Source of the DNA: Myxococcota bacterium
GTDB taxonomy: Bacteria; Myxococcota_A; SURF-8; G963663525
Assembly (NCBI GenBank): GCA_963676915.2
Contig: CAXXVK010000072.1
Coordinates: 96,001-160,000, forward strand
Reading direction: 5' to 3'
Length of the DNA stretch: 64,000 nt
The position numbers and the translations under genes are program-made. The notes beneath the pieces were generated by a model. The model was not told the origin of the DNA and did no database searches. It was given only the letters and a program-made list of their open reading frames with translations. This document shows, piece after piece, positions 1 through 8,346 of this stretch (the stretch's first letter is position 1; each line of letters begins with the position of its first letter).

Positions 1-1243
1 GGTCGGTGATTCTCAGAGCGTAGGCCACCATCGACCCAGCGCCGGAACCACGGCCCGGTCCCACTGGAATGCCGTTTTTCTTGGCGTAGATGATGAAGTC
101 CTGCACGATCAGGAAGTAACCGGGGAAATCCATTTTCAGAATGACGCCGATTTCGTATTCCAGTCGTTTGAGATAAGCTTCCTCATCCACTTCGTAAGGC
201 AGCTCGGCGATGCGCTCTTTCAGACCTTCGCGGGCCAATTGCTCGAAATACCCGGCTTCGTCCATGCCTTCTGGGACGGGGAAGTGCGGCAGAAAATTTT
301 CTCCCAGCGGAATTTCGCAGTCGATTTTTTCCGCGATTTTTACGGTGTTTTCAAGTGCTTCGGGGATATCTCCGAAGTCCTGCCACATTCGCTCGGGACT
401 GCGCACATGATGTCCGGTAGTGTAGGCTTCACCCATTCCGGGATCTCCCAGCAGTTTGCCTTGTCCAAGGGCAAGCAATGCCTGATGGGCTTGGTGGTCT
501 TCTTCGGTCAGAAAGTGGGCGTCGCAGGTGGCGATCAGGTCGATATCCAGTTCTTTCGCCAGCCGGATCACGCCCTCATTGGCGATTTCCTGTTCCCTTG
601 TGCCATCCCGTTGGATTTCGAGGTAGTAATCCTCGCCGAAAAGTTCTTTGTGCCAGAGTGCCGCTTTTTTTGCAGCCTCGTATTCGTTTCGAAGAATTAG
701 TTGAGGAATCTCGCCCGCTCGGCAAGCGCTGGTGACGATCAGTCCTTCCTTGTGCTTTTCCAACAGTTCATGGTCGATACGAGGCTTTTTATAAAACCCT
801 TCGATGTTGGCGAAAGACACCAGCCGACAGAGGTTGCGGTAGCCTTCGAGGTTTTTGGCCAACAGTACGAGATGATAGTTTTTTTCCTTGTGAATCCGGG
901 AACTTCGACCGCTTGGCGCGATGTAGGTTTCGACGCCGATCAGAGGTTTGATCCCTGCCTTTTTCGCTTTCTTGAAAAACTCCACCGCGCCGAAAAGCTG
1001 GCCGTGGTCGGTCAGTGCTACGGCATTCATCCCGTGCTTTTTGCAGTGTTCCATCAGGTCGCCGATACGAATCCCGCCGTCCAGCAACGAATAGCTGGTG
1101 TGCAGATGCAAATGAACGAAGGGCGGACCTTTCGGGCTGTCTTCTTCTTTTGTTTCCTCGGGGGGAGCCTCGGAAGCGTTCACCTCGGGAACCGAAGTGT
1201 TTTCGGGGGCTTTTTCGTTGGAAACGGGAGTTTCTTCGGACAT
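1..1243 (-). CDS. dnaE: DNA polymerase III alpha subunit, 5' part (runs off window start)
   Basis: My own translation of the minus strand from ATG 1243 (absent from the ORF track because it is open-ended): PHP motifs [42 protein letters not shown], then [31 protein letters not shown]. Short acidic N-terminal extension. Confidence 0.97.
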   Translation of the reverse strand, partial: MSEETPVSNEKAPENTSVPEVNASEAPPEETKEEDSPKGPPFVHLHLHTSYSLLDGGIRIGDLMEHCKKHGMNAVALTDHGQLFGAVEFFKKAKKAGIKPLIGVETYIAPSGRSSRIHKEKNYHLVLLAKNLEGYRNLCRLVSFANIEGFYKKPRIDHELLEKHKEGLIVTSACRAGEIPQLILRNEYEAAKKAALWHKELFGEDYYLEIQRDGTREQEIANEGVIRLAKELDIDLIATCDAHFLTEEDHQAHQALLALGQGKLLGDPGMGEAYTTGHHVRSPERMWQDFGDIPEALENTVKIAEKIDCEIPLGENFLPHFPVPEGMDEAGYFEQLAREGLKERIAELPYEVDEEAYLKRLEYEIGVILKMDFPGYFLIVQDFIIYAKKNGIPVGPGRGSGAGSMVAYALRITD

Positions 1244-1546
1244 GAGGACGATCCTTTGCAATCTCGAAACCGGACCGGAATATTTTATTTTTTCGATCCG
1301 ATTGGAACGTGTTTTTGTAGCACTGAATATAGCGCTCGAACCTGGGGGCGGCAATCGAAAAAATCAGGATATCGGAGCACCGAAAGGACGTTTGAGTCGT
1401 AAGTATCGAAGGGTAAACGACAAATACCGTTTGAAGAGGTGAATTTATTTTTTGGCGAATTTGGAATGGACCTGGAAGCTCGCATAAATTGGATGGTTTT
1501 CATCCAACAATGTTCGAAAACGAATCCCTGTATCGGATGAGCTCAG

Positions 1547-1623
1547 GTAGGTCGGGCAAATTTTTTACCCGACAAAGCCAAAGATAATGCCAAGGTGTCG
1601 GGCAAGAAATTTGCCCGACCTAC
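1547..1623. repeat. REP-like inverted doublet (GTAG-type), family A
   Basis: GTAGGTCGGGCAAATTTTTTACCCGAC (1547-1573) and an inverted copy GTCGGGCAAGAAATTTGCCCGACCTAC (1597-1623), 25/27 identical. Each unit is an imperfect palindrome preceded by GTAG; intergenic. Confidence 0.85.
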
Positions 1624-1675
1624 GTGTTAATTGCTTATGCTTTATTGATGGAAGTTACTGAAAGCTAAAGGTAAT

Positions 1676-2284
1676 TTACTGTTTCCGTAGGGAAAATTCG
1701 AAGCGGCAGTTCGGTGCTCCTTCGGCCAACGTGCCTGGTCGCTTGAGTTCGACCGGACCGGAGGCGAAAAACGCAAGGTCGCCTTTGCAAAACAGTGGGG
1801 CCAGTTCGGGAACTCCGGCTTTTTGGCACAGTGGAACGAAGCGGCAGGCGGTGACGCGGTAGACGAAGCCGGTTTCCTCTACGGAATCAAGAACGCTGGT
1901 GGCGTTGAAAAAGCGTGAGGTCAGGGATTCGATGGTTTTTTGTCGCTCGGTCTGATTGCTGGCAAGATAGTTGGGGATGTCGAGAGGGCCGATGGTCTTT
2001 TGAAGGTGGACCAGCGTTGCTCGGACGATGACCTTTTCCATAACGTCAAGCGCTTTAGTCTGGCCGAAAGCCTCGCGAAGCAGGCTGTAGAGCTTGACCG
2101 CCGAGCGGATCTGGTCGCGGGAGAGCCGGTCGTTTTCGTTTTCTGGAGGTCCGAGAGTTTCGAAGGGGTCGGTCATCGTTTCGGAACGCAGGCCGAAACG
2201 TAACGCATCGACGGGACCGAGACGGCGAACCAGTTCGAAAAATCCAACTACTTTCAGGCGTAATTCATGCAACGACTCGTTCAT
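1676..2284 (-). CDS. L-2-amino-thiazoline-4-carboxylic acid hydrolase-family (ATC hydrolase-like) protein
   Basis: C-terminal pattern VTACRFVPLCQKAGVPELAPLFCKGD...LKRPGTLAEGAPNCRFEF is typical of the family. Confidence 0.75.
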   Translation of the reverse strand: MNESLHELRLKVVGFFELVRRLGPVDALRFGLRSETMTDPFETLGPPENENDRLSRDQIRSAVKLYSLLREAFGQTKALDVMEKVIVRATLVHLQKTIGPLDIPNYLASNQTERQKTIESLTSRFFNATSVLDSVEETGFVYRVTACRFVPLCQKAGVPELAPLFCKGDLAFFASGPVELKRPGTLAEGAPNCRFEFSLRKQ

Positions 2285-2295
2285 TAAACCAACCT

Positions 2296-3309
2296 TTATT
2301 CTCCTGACAAGGATTCGTCAGCCGGACCGGTTTCGTCGAACACCCCGGTTTCATTGAGTTTTTCAACAGCCGGAACCAATAGCCGGGGGATGTCGGTTTG
2401 CAAAAGCAATACTCCCGCATCGACATAGTTTTTCCAGCCGGAATAATCGCCGCTCATTCCTAAGATATCGCCTCCGGCCATGACATCCTGTTGGACTTTA
2501 AGTCCCAGTGTTCCGGCCTGGGTGCAGAAATCGGCGTCGGCGCCCACCTTGGACAACTCCACGATGGTCAGCGTCGGTATTTCTTCTTGGGCGGCTGATA
2601 ATTCTTCCGCATCGGAAAACGGCGGCATGACTAGCAGTTGGTCGTCTTGGGTCGCCATTTGCGAAACAATGCTGAAATCGTCGCGAACGAGCGATTGTTC
2701 GTAATACGGTCCGGCTTGGATCGCTTCAAGTACCAGCTCCCATCGTCCGGTTTTTTGGTCGATGTAAAGCATGATTCCCAACTCTTTCGCCAACGCCAGA
2801 ATCTCGGAAAATTGGGGGACTTTTTGCGTTTCCGGGTCGGCGGCATCGGCGTCCGCGAGCGTCAGTTGTTGGATTTCATCCCAGGTCATTTCATCGACGT
2901 ACCCCGTCCCGTCGGTGGTACGATCCACGTCGCTGTCGTGCATGAGTACCAACACGTCGTCGGAGGTTTCCCGCACGTCCACTTCCACGAAATCCGCCCC
3001 GTGTTCGGCGGCGTCACGAAGAGAGGCCAGCGAATTTTCGGGAGCGTCGTGGTGGTCTCCTCGGTGTGCCGCTACCATTCGACGAGTGCAGGACGTGTCG
3101 ATCAGGCAGGCGTAGGCGGAAAACGGCTTTTGTTCTTCCGCTTCGGCGTCGAGATCGTTCTCGGCGCTTTCTTCTTCGACCACGTCCGTATCTCCATCGG
3201 AAACGGTGGAAGTGTCGTCGTCGGAACAGGAAAACAGAAATCCCGATGAAATGAACAACAACAAGGCGGCCAGCCATCTCAACCGTTTTATCCCGATAGT
3301 TTCGTGCAT
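2296..3309 (-). CDS. Glycerophosphodiester phosphodiesterase (GDPD) lipoprotein
   Basis: AHRG, APENSLAS, EVDVRETSDDVLVLMHD and DRTTDG motifs; lipobox LFSC. Start moved to ATG 3309 (GGAG upstream). Confidence 0.9.
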   Translation of the reverse strand: MHETIGIKRLRWLAALLLFISSGFLFSCSDDDTSTVSDGDTDVVEEESAENDLDAEAEEQKPFSAYACLIDTSCTRRMVAAHRGDHHDAPENSLASLRDAAEHGADFVEVDVRETSDDVLVLMHDSDVDRTTDGTGYVDEMTWDEIQQLTLADADAADPETQKVPQFSEILALAKELGIMLYIDQKTGRWELVLEAIQAGPYYEQSLVRDDFSIVSQMATQDDQLLVMPPFSDAEELSAAQEEIPTLTIVELSKVGADADFCTQAGTLGLKVQQDVMAGGDILGMSGDYSGWKNYVDAGVLLLQTDIPRLLVPAVEKLNETGVFDETGPADESLSGE

Positions 3310-3565
3310 AACGTGCTCCCTGAACCCTGGCGAAATTTCCATGAAATCGGATTGTTCGCGAGTATACCTCAGTCTTGCTCCATCCTGTGAATTTTTATTA
3401 TGGTGAAGCCAAGCTGAGTTTTTGTGGTTCTCCAGTATGTTTTGGAGCAATTTATCGCATCTTTTCCTGTTCGGGGAACCTTTACTCTTTTAAGGGATAA
3501 CGGTAAGATAGCTTCTCCACGATAGAAACTGACCATGATGAGTCCCGATTCAGGAGAGAAACACG

Positions 3566-4291
3566 ATGGATCGATACAGGACATTCGGTTTGGGAATACT
3601 GTGCTGGATGATGCTTTTAGGCTGTCTCACAGCCTGCGATTCGTCCGGTTCATTCGAAGCGACACCCGACCGGGACCGTGAAATCGAAAAGTTTTTGGAG
3701 ATCTTCCGCTATACGTTGCTGGATGGCAACCAGCAGGAGTACCTCAACCTGTTTTCCGAGAAAAGCATCGTTTTTATGCCGGAATTGGGTCGTACGTGGG
3801 TCGGAAAACCCCAGGTTCTGGGTCTTTACTCGCTGTTCCACAATGATTTCAAATCTTTCGAAATCTGGTTCTGGGATCATCAGGTTGTGACGGCGGGCGC
3901 AAAAGCCGTGGTGAGTTTCCAGATCAAATTCCTGGGAGTTCACCCGGAAGGTTCCAAAGAGTTTTGGACCTCTTCCGCCATGATGACGATGGTCGTCGAA
4001 GACGGAATCTGGCGTATCGATTCCTTGTTTGCCAAGGATACGCCGTTCGATATCAAACCCTCCAACGCGCTGATTCCCCCGCAATCTCTGCTTGTTTCCA
4101 AGGCGAAACTCAAGGAAATGATGGAAAACATGCGTCTGGAGCGGCCATTTCTTTTCGGGTTTCCTCCCGGAAAAAATCCGATGGATTTCGGCCCGAATGG
4201 TGCTCCAGGAACGCCAAATCCAGGACTGCGTGACGAACAAGGGGCTTTTCCCGCTCCTCCCGCTCAACGTTTCGAATTGCCGGAAGAATAG
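3566..4291 (+). CDS. NTF2/SnoaL-like lipoprotein with Pro-rich tail
   Basis: Lipobox LTAC; NTF2-like ending MVVEDGIWRIDS; AGGAG RBS. Confidence 0.6.
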   Translation: MDRYRTFGLGILCWMMLLGCLTACDSSGSFEATPDRDREIEKFLEIFRYTLLDGNQQEYLNLFSEKSIVFMPELGRTWVGKPQVLGLYSLFHNDFKSFEIWFWDHQVVTAGAKAVVSFQIKFLGVHPEGSKEFWTSSAMMTMVVEDGIWRIDSLFAKDTPFDIKPSNALIPPQSLLVSKAKLKEMMENMRLERPFLFGFPPGKNPMDFGPNGAPGTPNPGLRDEQGAFPAPPAQRFELPEE

Positions 4292-4297
4292 CCATCG

Positions 4298-4951
4298 ATG
4301 GAATCCCGAAATAATCATACCCGGTTGATGGATAGCATCTACGGGAAGCAGACGGCGATTTACGACCTGACACGCAAATACTACCTGCATGGTCGGGATA
4401 TGTTGCTCAAAGAAATCGAACGGGAATCCGACGGGCGGGTGCTCGAAGTCGGTTGCGGAACGGCGCGCAACCTGCTCGTTTTGCACCACCGTTGTCCCAC
4501 GTTCGAACTCTACGGACTCGATGCCAGCCGGGTAATGCTGGAGGTTGGCGAACGAAAGCTGGCCCGTCGGGGATATCCCGAAAACCTGCGATTGGTCCAC
4601 GGTCTGGCCGAAGACGTTTCACCGGCGCTATTCGGTGCGCGTGAACCCTTCGATACGGTATTTTTCTCGTTTTCGTTGAGCATGATTCCCGACTGGGAGG
4701 CTGGTCTCAAAGCTGCACTGGCCTCGCTGAAGCCTGGGGGAAGGCTGTATGTCGTGGATTTCGGAGATCTTTCCGGTCTTCCTGTGCCTCTTCGCCTGGG
4801 ACTTGCCTGGTGGCTCGACCGTTTCCACGTCCACCACCGCCCCGAAGCGATCCGATTTCTGCAACAACAGGCCGAAGAGGGCAGGGGTACTTTCGATTTA
4901 CAGATCTTTGCGGGAAACTATTCCTACCGGGTGAAGTTTACGAAAGCGTGA
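4298..4951 (+). CDS. Class I SAM-dependent methyltransferase, BtaB-like (diacylglycerylhomoserine N-methyltransferase family)
   Basis: N-terminus LMDSIYGKQTAIYDLTRKYYLHGRD, VLEVGCGTARNL, FSFSLSMIPDW and YVVDFG match the BtaB pattern as I recall it. Confidence 0.75.
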   Translation: MESRNNHTRLMDSIYGKQTAIYDLTRKYYLHGRDMLLKEIERESDGRVLEVGCGTARNLLVLHHRCPTFELYGLDASRVMLEVGERKLARRGYPENLRLVHGLAEDVSPALFGAREPFDTVFFSFSLSMIPDWEAGLKAALASLKPGGRLYVVDFGDLSGLPVPLRLGLAWWLDRFHVHHRPEAIRFLQQQAEEGRGTFDLQIFAGNYSYRVKFTKA

Positions 4952-4963
4952 ATTTTTGCATTC

Positions 4964-5130
4964 GAAGAACTTGCATAAATCCCGAAGATAAATCTTCAAG
5001 GTACGGACCGGAAGGTCCGGGAGACTGTGCAAACTATTGAAAACACAGCCTTCCACGCTTCGCGCGTAAGACTATGGCACACATGGGTTTTGTAAAAACC
5101 ATCAAAATCCTGATTTATGCAAAAGCCACC
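4964..5130. mobile_element. Probable degenerate MITE/IS-end relic
   Basis: Inverted repeat TTGCATAAATC (4971-4981) / GATTTATGCAA (5112-5122) between convergent genes, with internal hairpin CGGACCGGAAGGTCCG. A similar end (GCTCGCATAAAT) occurs at ~1478-1489. Confidence 0.4.
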
Positions 5131-5152
5131 TAAGGCATTTCGACCGTTTTGT

Positions 5153-6814
5153 TTACTCCCCTTCGTGTCCTTCCAAAACTCGCTTGTAGATTTCCTCGAT
5201 GCTTTCGTTTTCGAAATCTCCCAGAGGTTTCGGGGTACGCATCAGGCGCACGAAGCGGTCACGGACCGTAGCAAGGTAGCTTGCGTCGTGGATGATACCC
5301 TCGCTTGTGTACGGCAGGTCGAAGAAGTCAAGCGTCGTTTCCGTTTCCGGGGCGATGTCCATACCGAGAAGGTCGGGTTTGGAATGCGCCAGACAGTTGC
5401 GGTTGAGTAAAAAAGTCTGCAAGATCGTCATGTGAATGTGCTGTCTGTGGCGCAGGCAGAATTTCAAGGTATGTTCGAACTCTTGCCGGTCTTCCTCCGG
5501 GCTTAGGATCAGGTACACGCTGGTCTCGATCCCCTGCGCGCTGGTGTTTTCCAGCATTTTCGGCACCTTTTCCAGATCGATACCCTTGCGGTAGCTTTTC
5601 AACCGCTGTTTGTGGGCGGTTTCCAACCCGAAGAAGATGATTCGACACCCGGCGCGGGCCAGCAGTTCGGTGTATTCGGGATCGGCGAATTCCTTATTGA
5701 AACGAGCCTGCATAAACCATTCGATCTCCAGTTTTTCGGCCAGCAGTCGTTCGCAGATTTCCTTTGTAGCTTGTGCGTTGACCGCATTGTCGATGAACGA
5801 AAAACGCCGGACGCCCGTCTGCTCGATGTATGTTCGGATGCGGCGGACGATTTCCTCCGGGTCGAGTTGAATCCATTGGCGGTCGTTGTAGTTGTGCCAG
5901 CAAAACGTGCATTTGCGGTAATAGCACATGCTGGCGCGTTCGATGGGCAACGAAAGTTCGGTGTAAAGGTCGAAATTAAGGCCGGAAAAATCAGGGGGCG
6001 GCAGGTGATCCAACGGCAGAGAGGGCTTTTCGTGGGTCGCTTGGGGGTGACCGTTTGCGTCGCGATAGATCAGGTTGGGTGTTTCTTTGAAATTTTCCTT
6101 GTTTTCGGTGAGATTCACCAGATCGAGCAAAGGTTCTTCTCCGTCGCTAGTGACGAAGAACTCGAAAAAGTCGAAGAAAAACGCATACTCTTTCCGTGTA
6201 AGAAAATCTCGTCCTAGCTTTACGTACGGTCCACCGGCGACCAGTGGAAGGTTGGGGCGAAAGCGTTTCAATTCACGGGCGAAGCGGCAGGCGTACACGA
6301 CCTGTTGCGGAGATACCAGCGAGATGCCGACCACGGACGGCTCGAAGCGGTCGAAAAACGTTTTCAGGCGCAATTTCAAAAAGGTATCCATCAGCGGATC
6401 GCGCACCTGGAGGCGTTCGAGCAGTTTGTCCCGGTTCAGACGATGGATTTCGGTTTGTTCGTAAAGCCAATTGAACAATTCTTTGCGATTTTCGTACACG
6501 AAGCGTCGCAGAGATTCCCCCGAAACGATGTTGCGATCCAGAAAACGCGCGTATAGCTGGCGGACCGAGCGGTAAAAGCCTTCGTCGCCTACTGAAAACG
6601 AGGTTTTGAGCCGTTTCATGAACAGCTCGAACGGGCCTTTTCGAAACAGAAAATCTCCCCAGTACAAGGCGTTCCAGTCGGCTTGCTGTACCGATTTTCC
6701 CTGTGTTTTCAGGTAGGCCGTAAGGCGGGGGAGGGCGATCTCCGGCATGAAATAGCATTCATAGGAGGGCGGAAAAACCAGCCAGGCATCGAGGGGTTGT
6801 ATATCTCGTGGCAT
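5153..6814 (-). CDS. B12-binding domain radical SAM protein
   Basis: N-terminal LVFPP...ALPRLTAYLK, VVGIS..VAGGP cobalamin-binding module, CYYRKCTFC Fe-S motif, FFGLET. ATG overlaps the upstream stop (TGATG). Confidence 0.9.
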   Translation of the reverse strand: MPRDIQPLDAWLVFPPSYECYFMPEIALPRLTAYLKTQGKSVQQADWNALYWGDFLFRKGPFELFMKRLKTSFSVGDEGFYRSVRQLYARFLDRNIVSGESLRRFVYENRKELFNWLYEQTEIHRLNRDKLLERLQVRDPLMDTFLKLRLKTFFDRFEPSVVGISLVSPQQVVYACRFARELKRFRPNLPLVAGGPYVKLGRDFLTRKEYAFFFDFFEFFVTSDGEEPLLDLVNLTENKENFKETPNLIYRDANGHPQATHEKPSLPLDHLPPPDFSGLNFDLYTELSLPIERASMCYYRKCTFCWHNYNDRQWIQLDPEEIVRRIRTYIEQTGVRRFSFIDNAVNAQATKEICERLLAEKLEIEWFMQARFNKEFADPEYTELLARAGCRIIFFGLETAHKQRLKSYRKGIDLEKVPKMLENTSAQGIETSVYLILSPEEDRQEFEHTLKFCLRHRQHIHMTILQTFLLNRNCLAHSKPDLLGMDIAPETETTLDFFDLPYTSEGIIHDASYLATVRDRFVRLMRTPKPLGDFENESIEEIYKRVLEGHEGE

Positions 6815-8346
6815 CAAAAACGCTCCGCAAGCCGGTCGAACAACGGATGTTTCTTGCGCCCGGCGAAAATTTCGGCCTTCGAAAACAGCTTGAGATTGAA
6901 GGTTTTGTAGACATCTTCCATGAACGTTACCGGCAACTCGGGAGAAGCCAGCGGAAACAGGAAGGAATCGAGGTCTTCCAGTCCACGGTCTTCGTACAAA
7001 TGTCGGTATTTGTCGAAATCCTCCGTTCCCGGAATGGGGGTATAGACCCGGATGTCGATCAACACATGTCGCTCGATGATCGCTTTCAGGTCGTCGAGCA
7101 CGTCGTTTTCAGTTTGTCCCGGATAGCCGATCATGATGACCGCGTTGATACGCTGTCGTTCGAATCCTGCTGTCAATGCCGTTTCTACACCGGTATCGAA
7201 GCGCTTAAATAAGTGTCTACGGTGGAATTCGGCGATTTTGTCTTCTCGGGTCGTTTCGAGGGGCATGATGATGTCTTTGAAACCCACGGCTTTCATTTTT
7301 CGAGCCAGATCCATATTAAAACGAGCCAGGGAAAAACCGCTTGGCACGCCAAGGGAAATCCCTCCTTGCAAGTGTATCAACAAATCGAGCAATGCATGGG
7401 CTTGATCGAGATCCAACAATAGATCCGAATCCCAGAAATGCAGTTCACGCAGTCCCCACGCGGAATAGGTTTGCAACTGCTCCAACAGGCTGTCACGATC
7501 TAAAGAGCAGGCCCGGCCTTCCAGTTTACGAACCGCGCAATAGGAGCAATGGTTGTTGCAGCCGTACGAGCTTTTCAAGCTCATTGCCGGGCTTGCATAG
7601 TGTTTCCAGGTGGGTTCGTCGATCCACTGAGCGGCGAGTTCGGCATCCGTGCCGACGATGATTTCGTCCGCGCCGCTGTGCTCGGCATGTTCCGGGCAAA
7701 GGCTTGGATAAATGCCTCCCATCTTGACGTGAGCCGAAGGATAGCGTTCTTTTACCAGTTCGACGGCTTCCCAACTTGTCGGCCAACAGTATGTAAATAC
7801 AGAGGAAATCGCTACTTCTTCCACACCATCGGGAAGGCTTTTAAGTCGCTGCCGGATGTCGTCGGGCATCATGCCGATACGAAACACGGGACGGGCGATG
7901 CCTTCGTTTTCGTAATTGCCGCAGGGAGCCATCCTTCGAACCCGCTCACGACGGAAAAAGGTTTTCCGATTCATGACCGCAGAACCGAGGTTGAAGGCGT
8001 CGAGCAGGTGAACGTCATACCCCTGTTTGCGGTACTGGCTGACCAGTTTCAAGGCGGCAAGCGGAAAATTCGTGACGAAATCGAAGGCGTAGTCCATTAC
8101 CGCCATGGCCGGGTTTTCGAGCGGCGGTACGATAACCAACGCACGTTTCGTTTTTTTCAGCCTGGGAACGCCGGAAAGCGGAACGAAAGAGACACCACTG
8201 CTTTTAGAGATGCTTGTTGGTGGGAAGTTTTCGTGGCTCAGGGGCTTTTTCGTGACGGAATGAGGAGTTTTGGAGTTTTTTTTTTCGTCTCTTGTACAAG
8301 AGCGCCGGGGACTTCCATGCGACCGAAATCTTTCAGACGGTCGCAA
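6814..8346 (-). CDS. B12-binding domain radical SAM protein (start uncertain; may be the distal part of a frameshifted fusion)
   Basis: ALVIVPP, MGGIYPSLCPEH, SYGCNNHCSYC, YTPIPGT. No ATG/GTG with an RBS upstream of the conserved N-terminal strand. Confidence 0.85.
   Translation of the reverse strand: MRPSERFRSHGSPRRSCTRDEKKNSKTPHSVTKKPLSHENFPPTSISKSSGVSFVPLSGVPRLKKTKRALVIVPPLENPAMAVMDYAFDFVTNFPLAALKLVSQYRKQGYDVHLLDAFNLGSAVMNRKTFFRRERVRRMAPCGNYENEGIARPVFRIGMMPDDIRQRLKSLPDGVEEVAISSVFTYCWPTSWEAVELVKERYPSAHVKMGGIYPSLCPEHAEHSGADEIIVGTDAELAAQWIDEPTWKHYASPAMSLKSSYGCNNHCSYCAVRKLEGRACSLDRDSLLEQLQTYSAWGLRELHFWDSDLLLDLDQAHALLDLLIHLQGGISLGVPSGFSLARFNMDLARKMKAVGFKDIIMPLETTREDKIAEFHRRHLFKRFDTGVETALTAGFERQRINAVIMIGYPGQTENDVLDDLKAIIERHVLIDIRVYTPIPGTEDFDKYRHLYEDRGLEDLDSFLFPLASPELPVTFMEDVYKTFNLKLFSKAEIFAGRKKHPLFDRLAERF

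Noticed and set aside
1547-1623. CRISPR-like repeat-spacer-repeat
   Set aside because: The two units are inverted rather than direct, there are only two, and no cas genes are present; this is a REP doublet.
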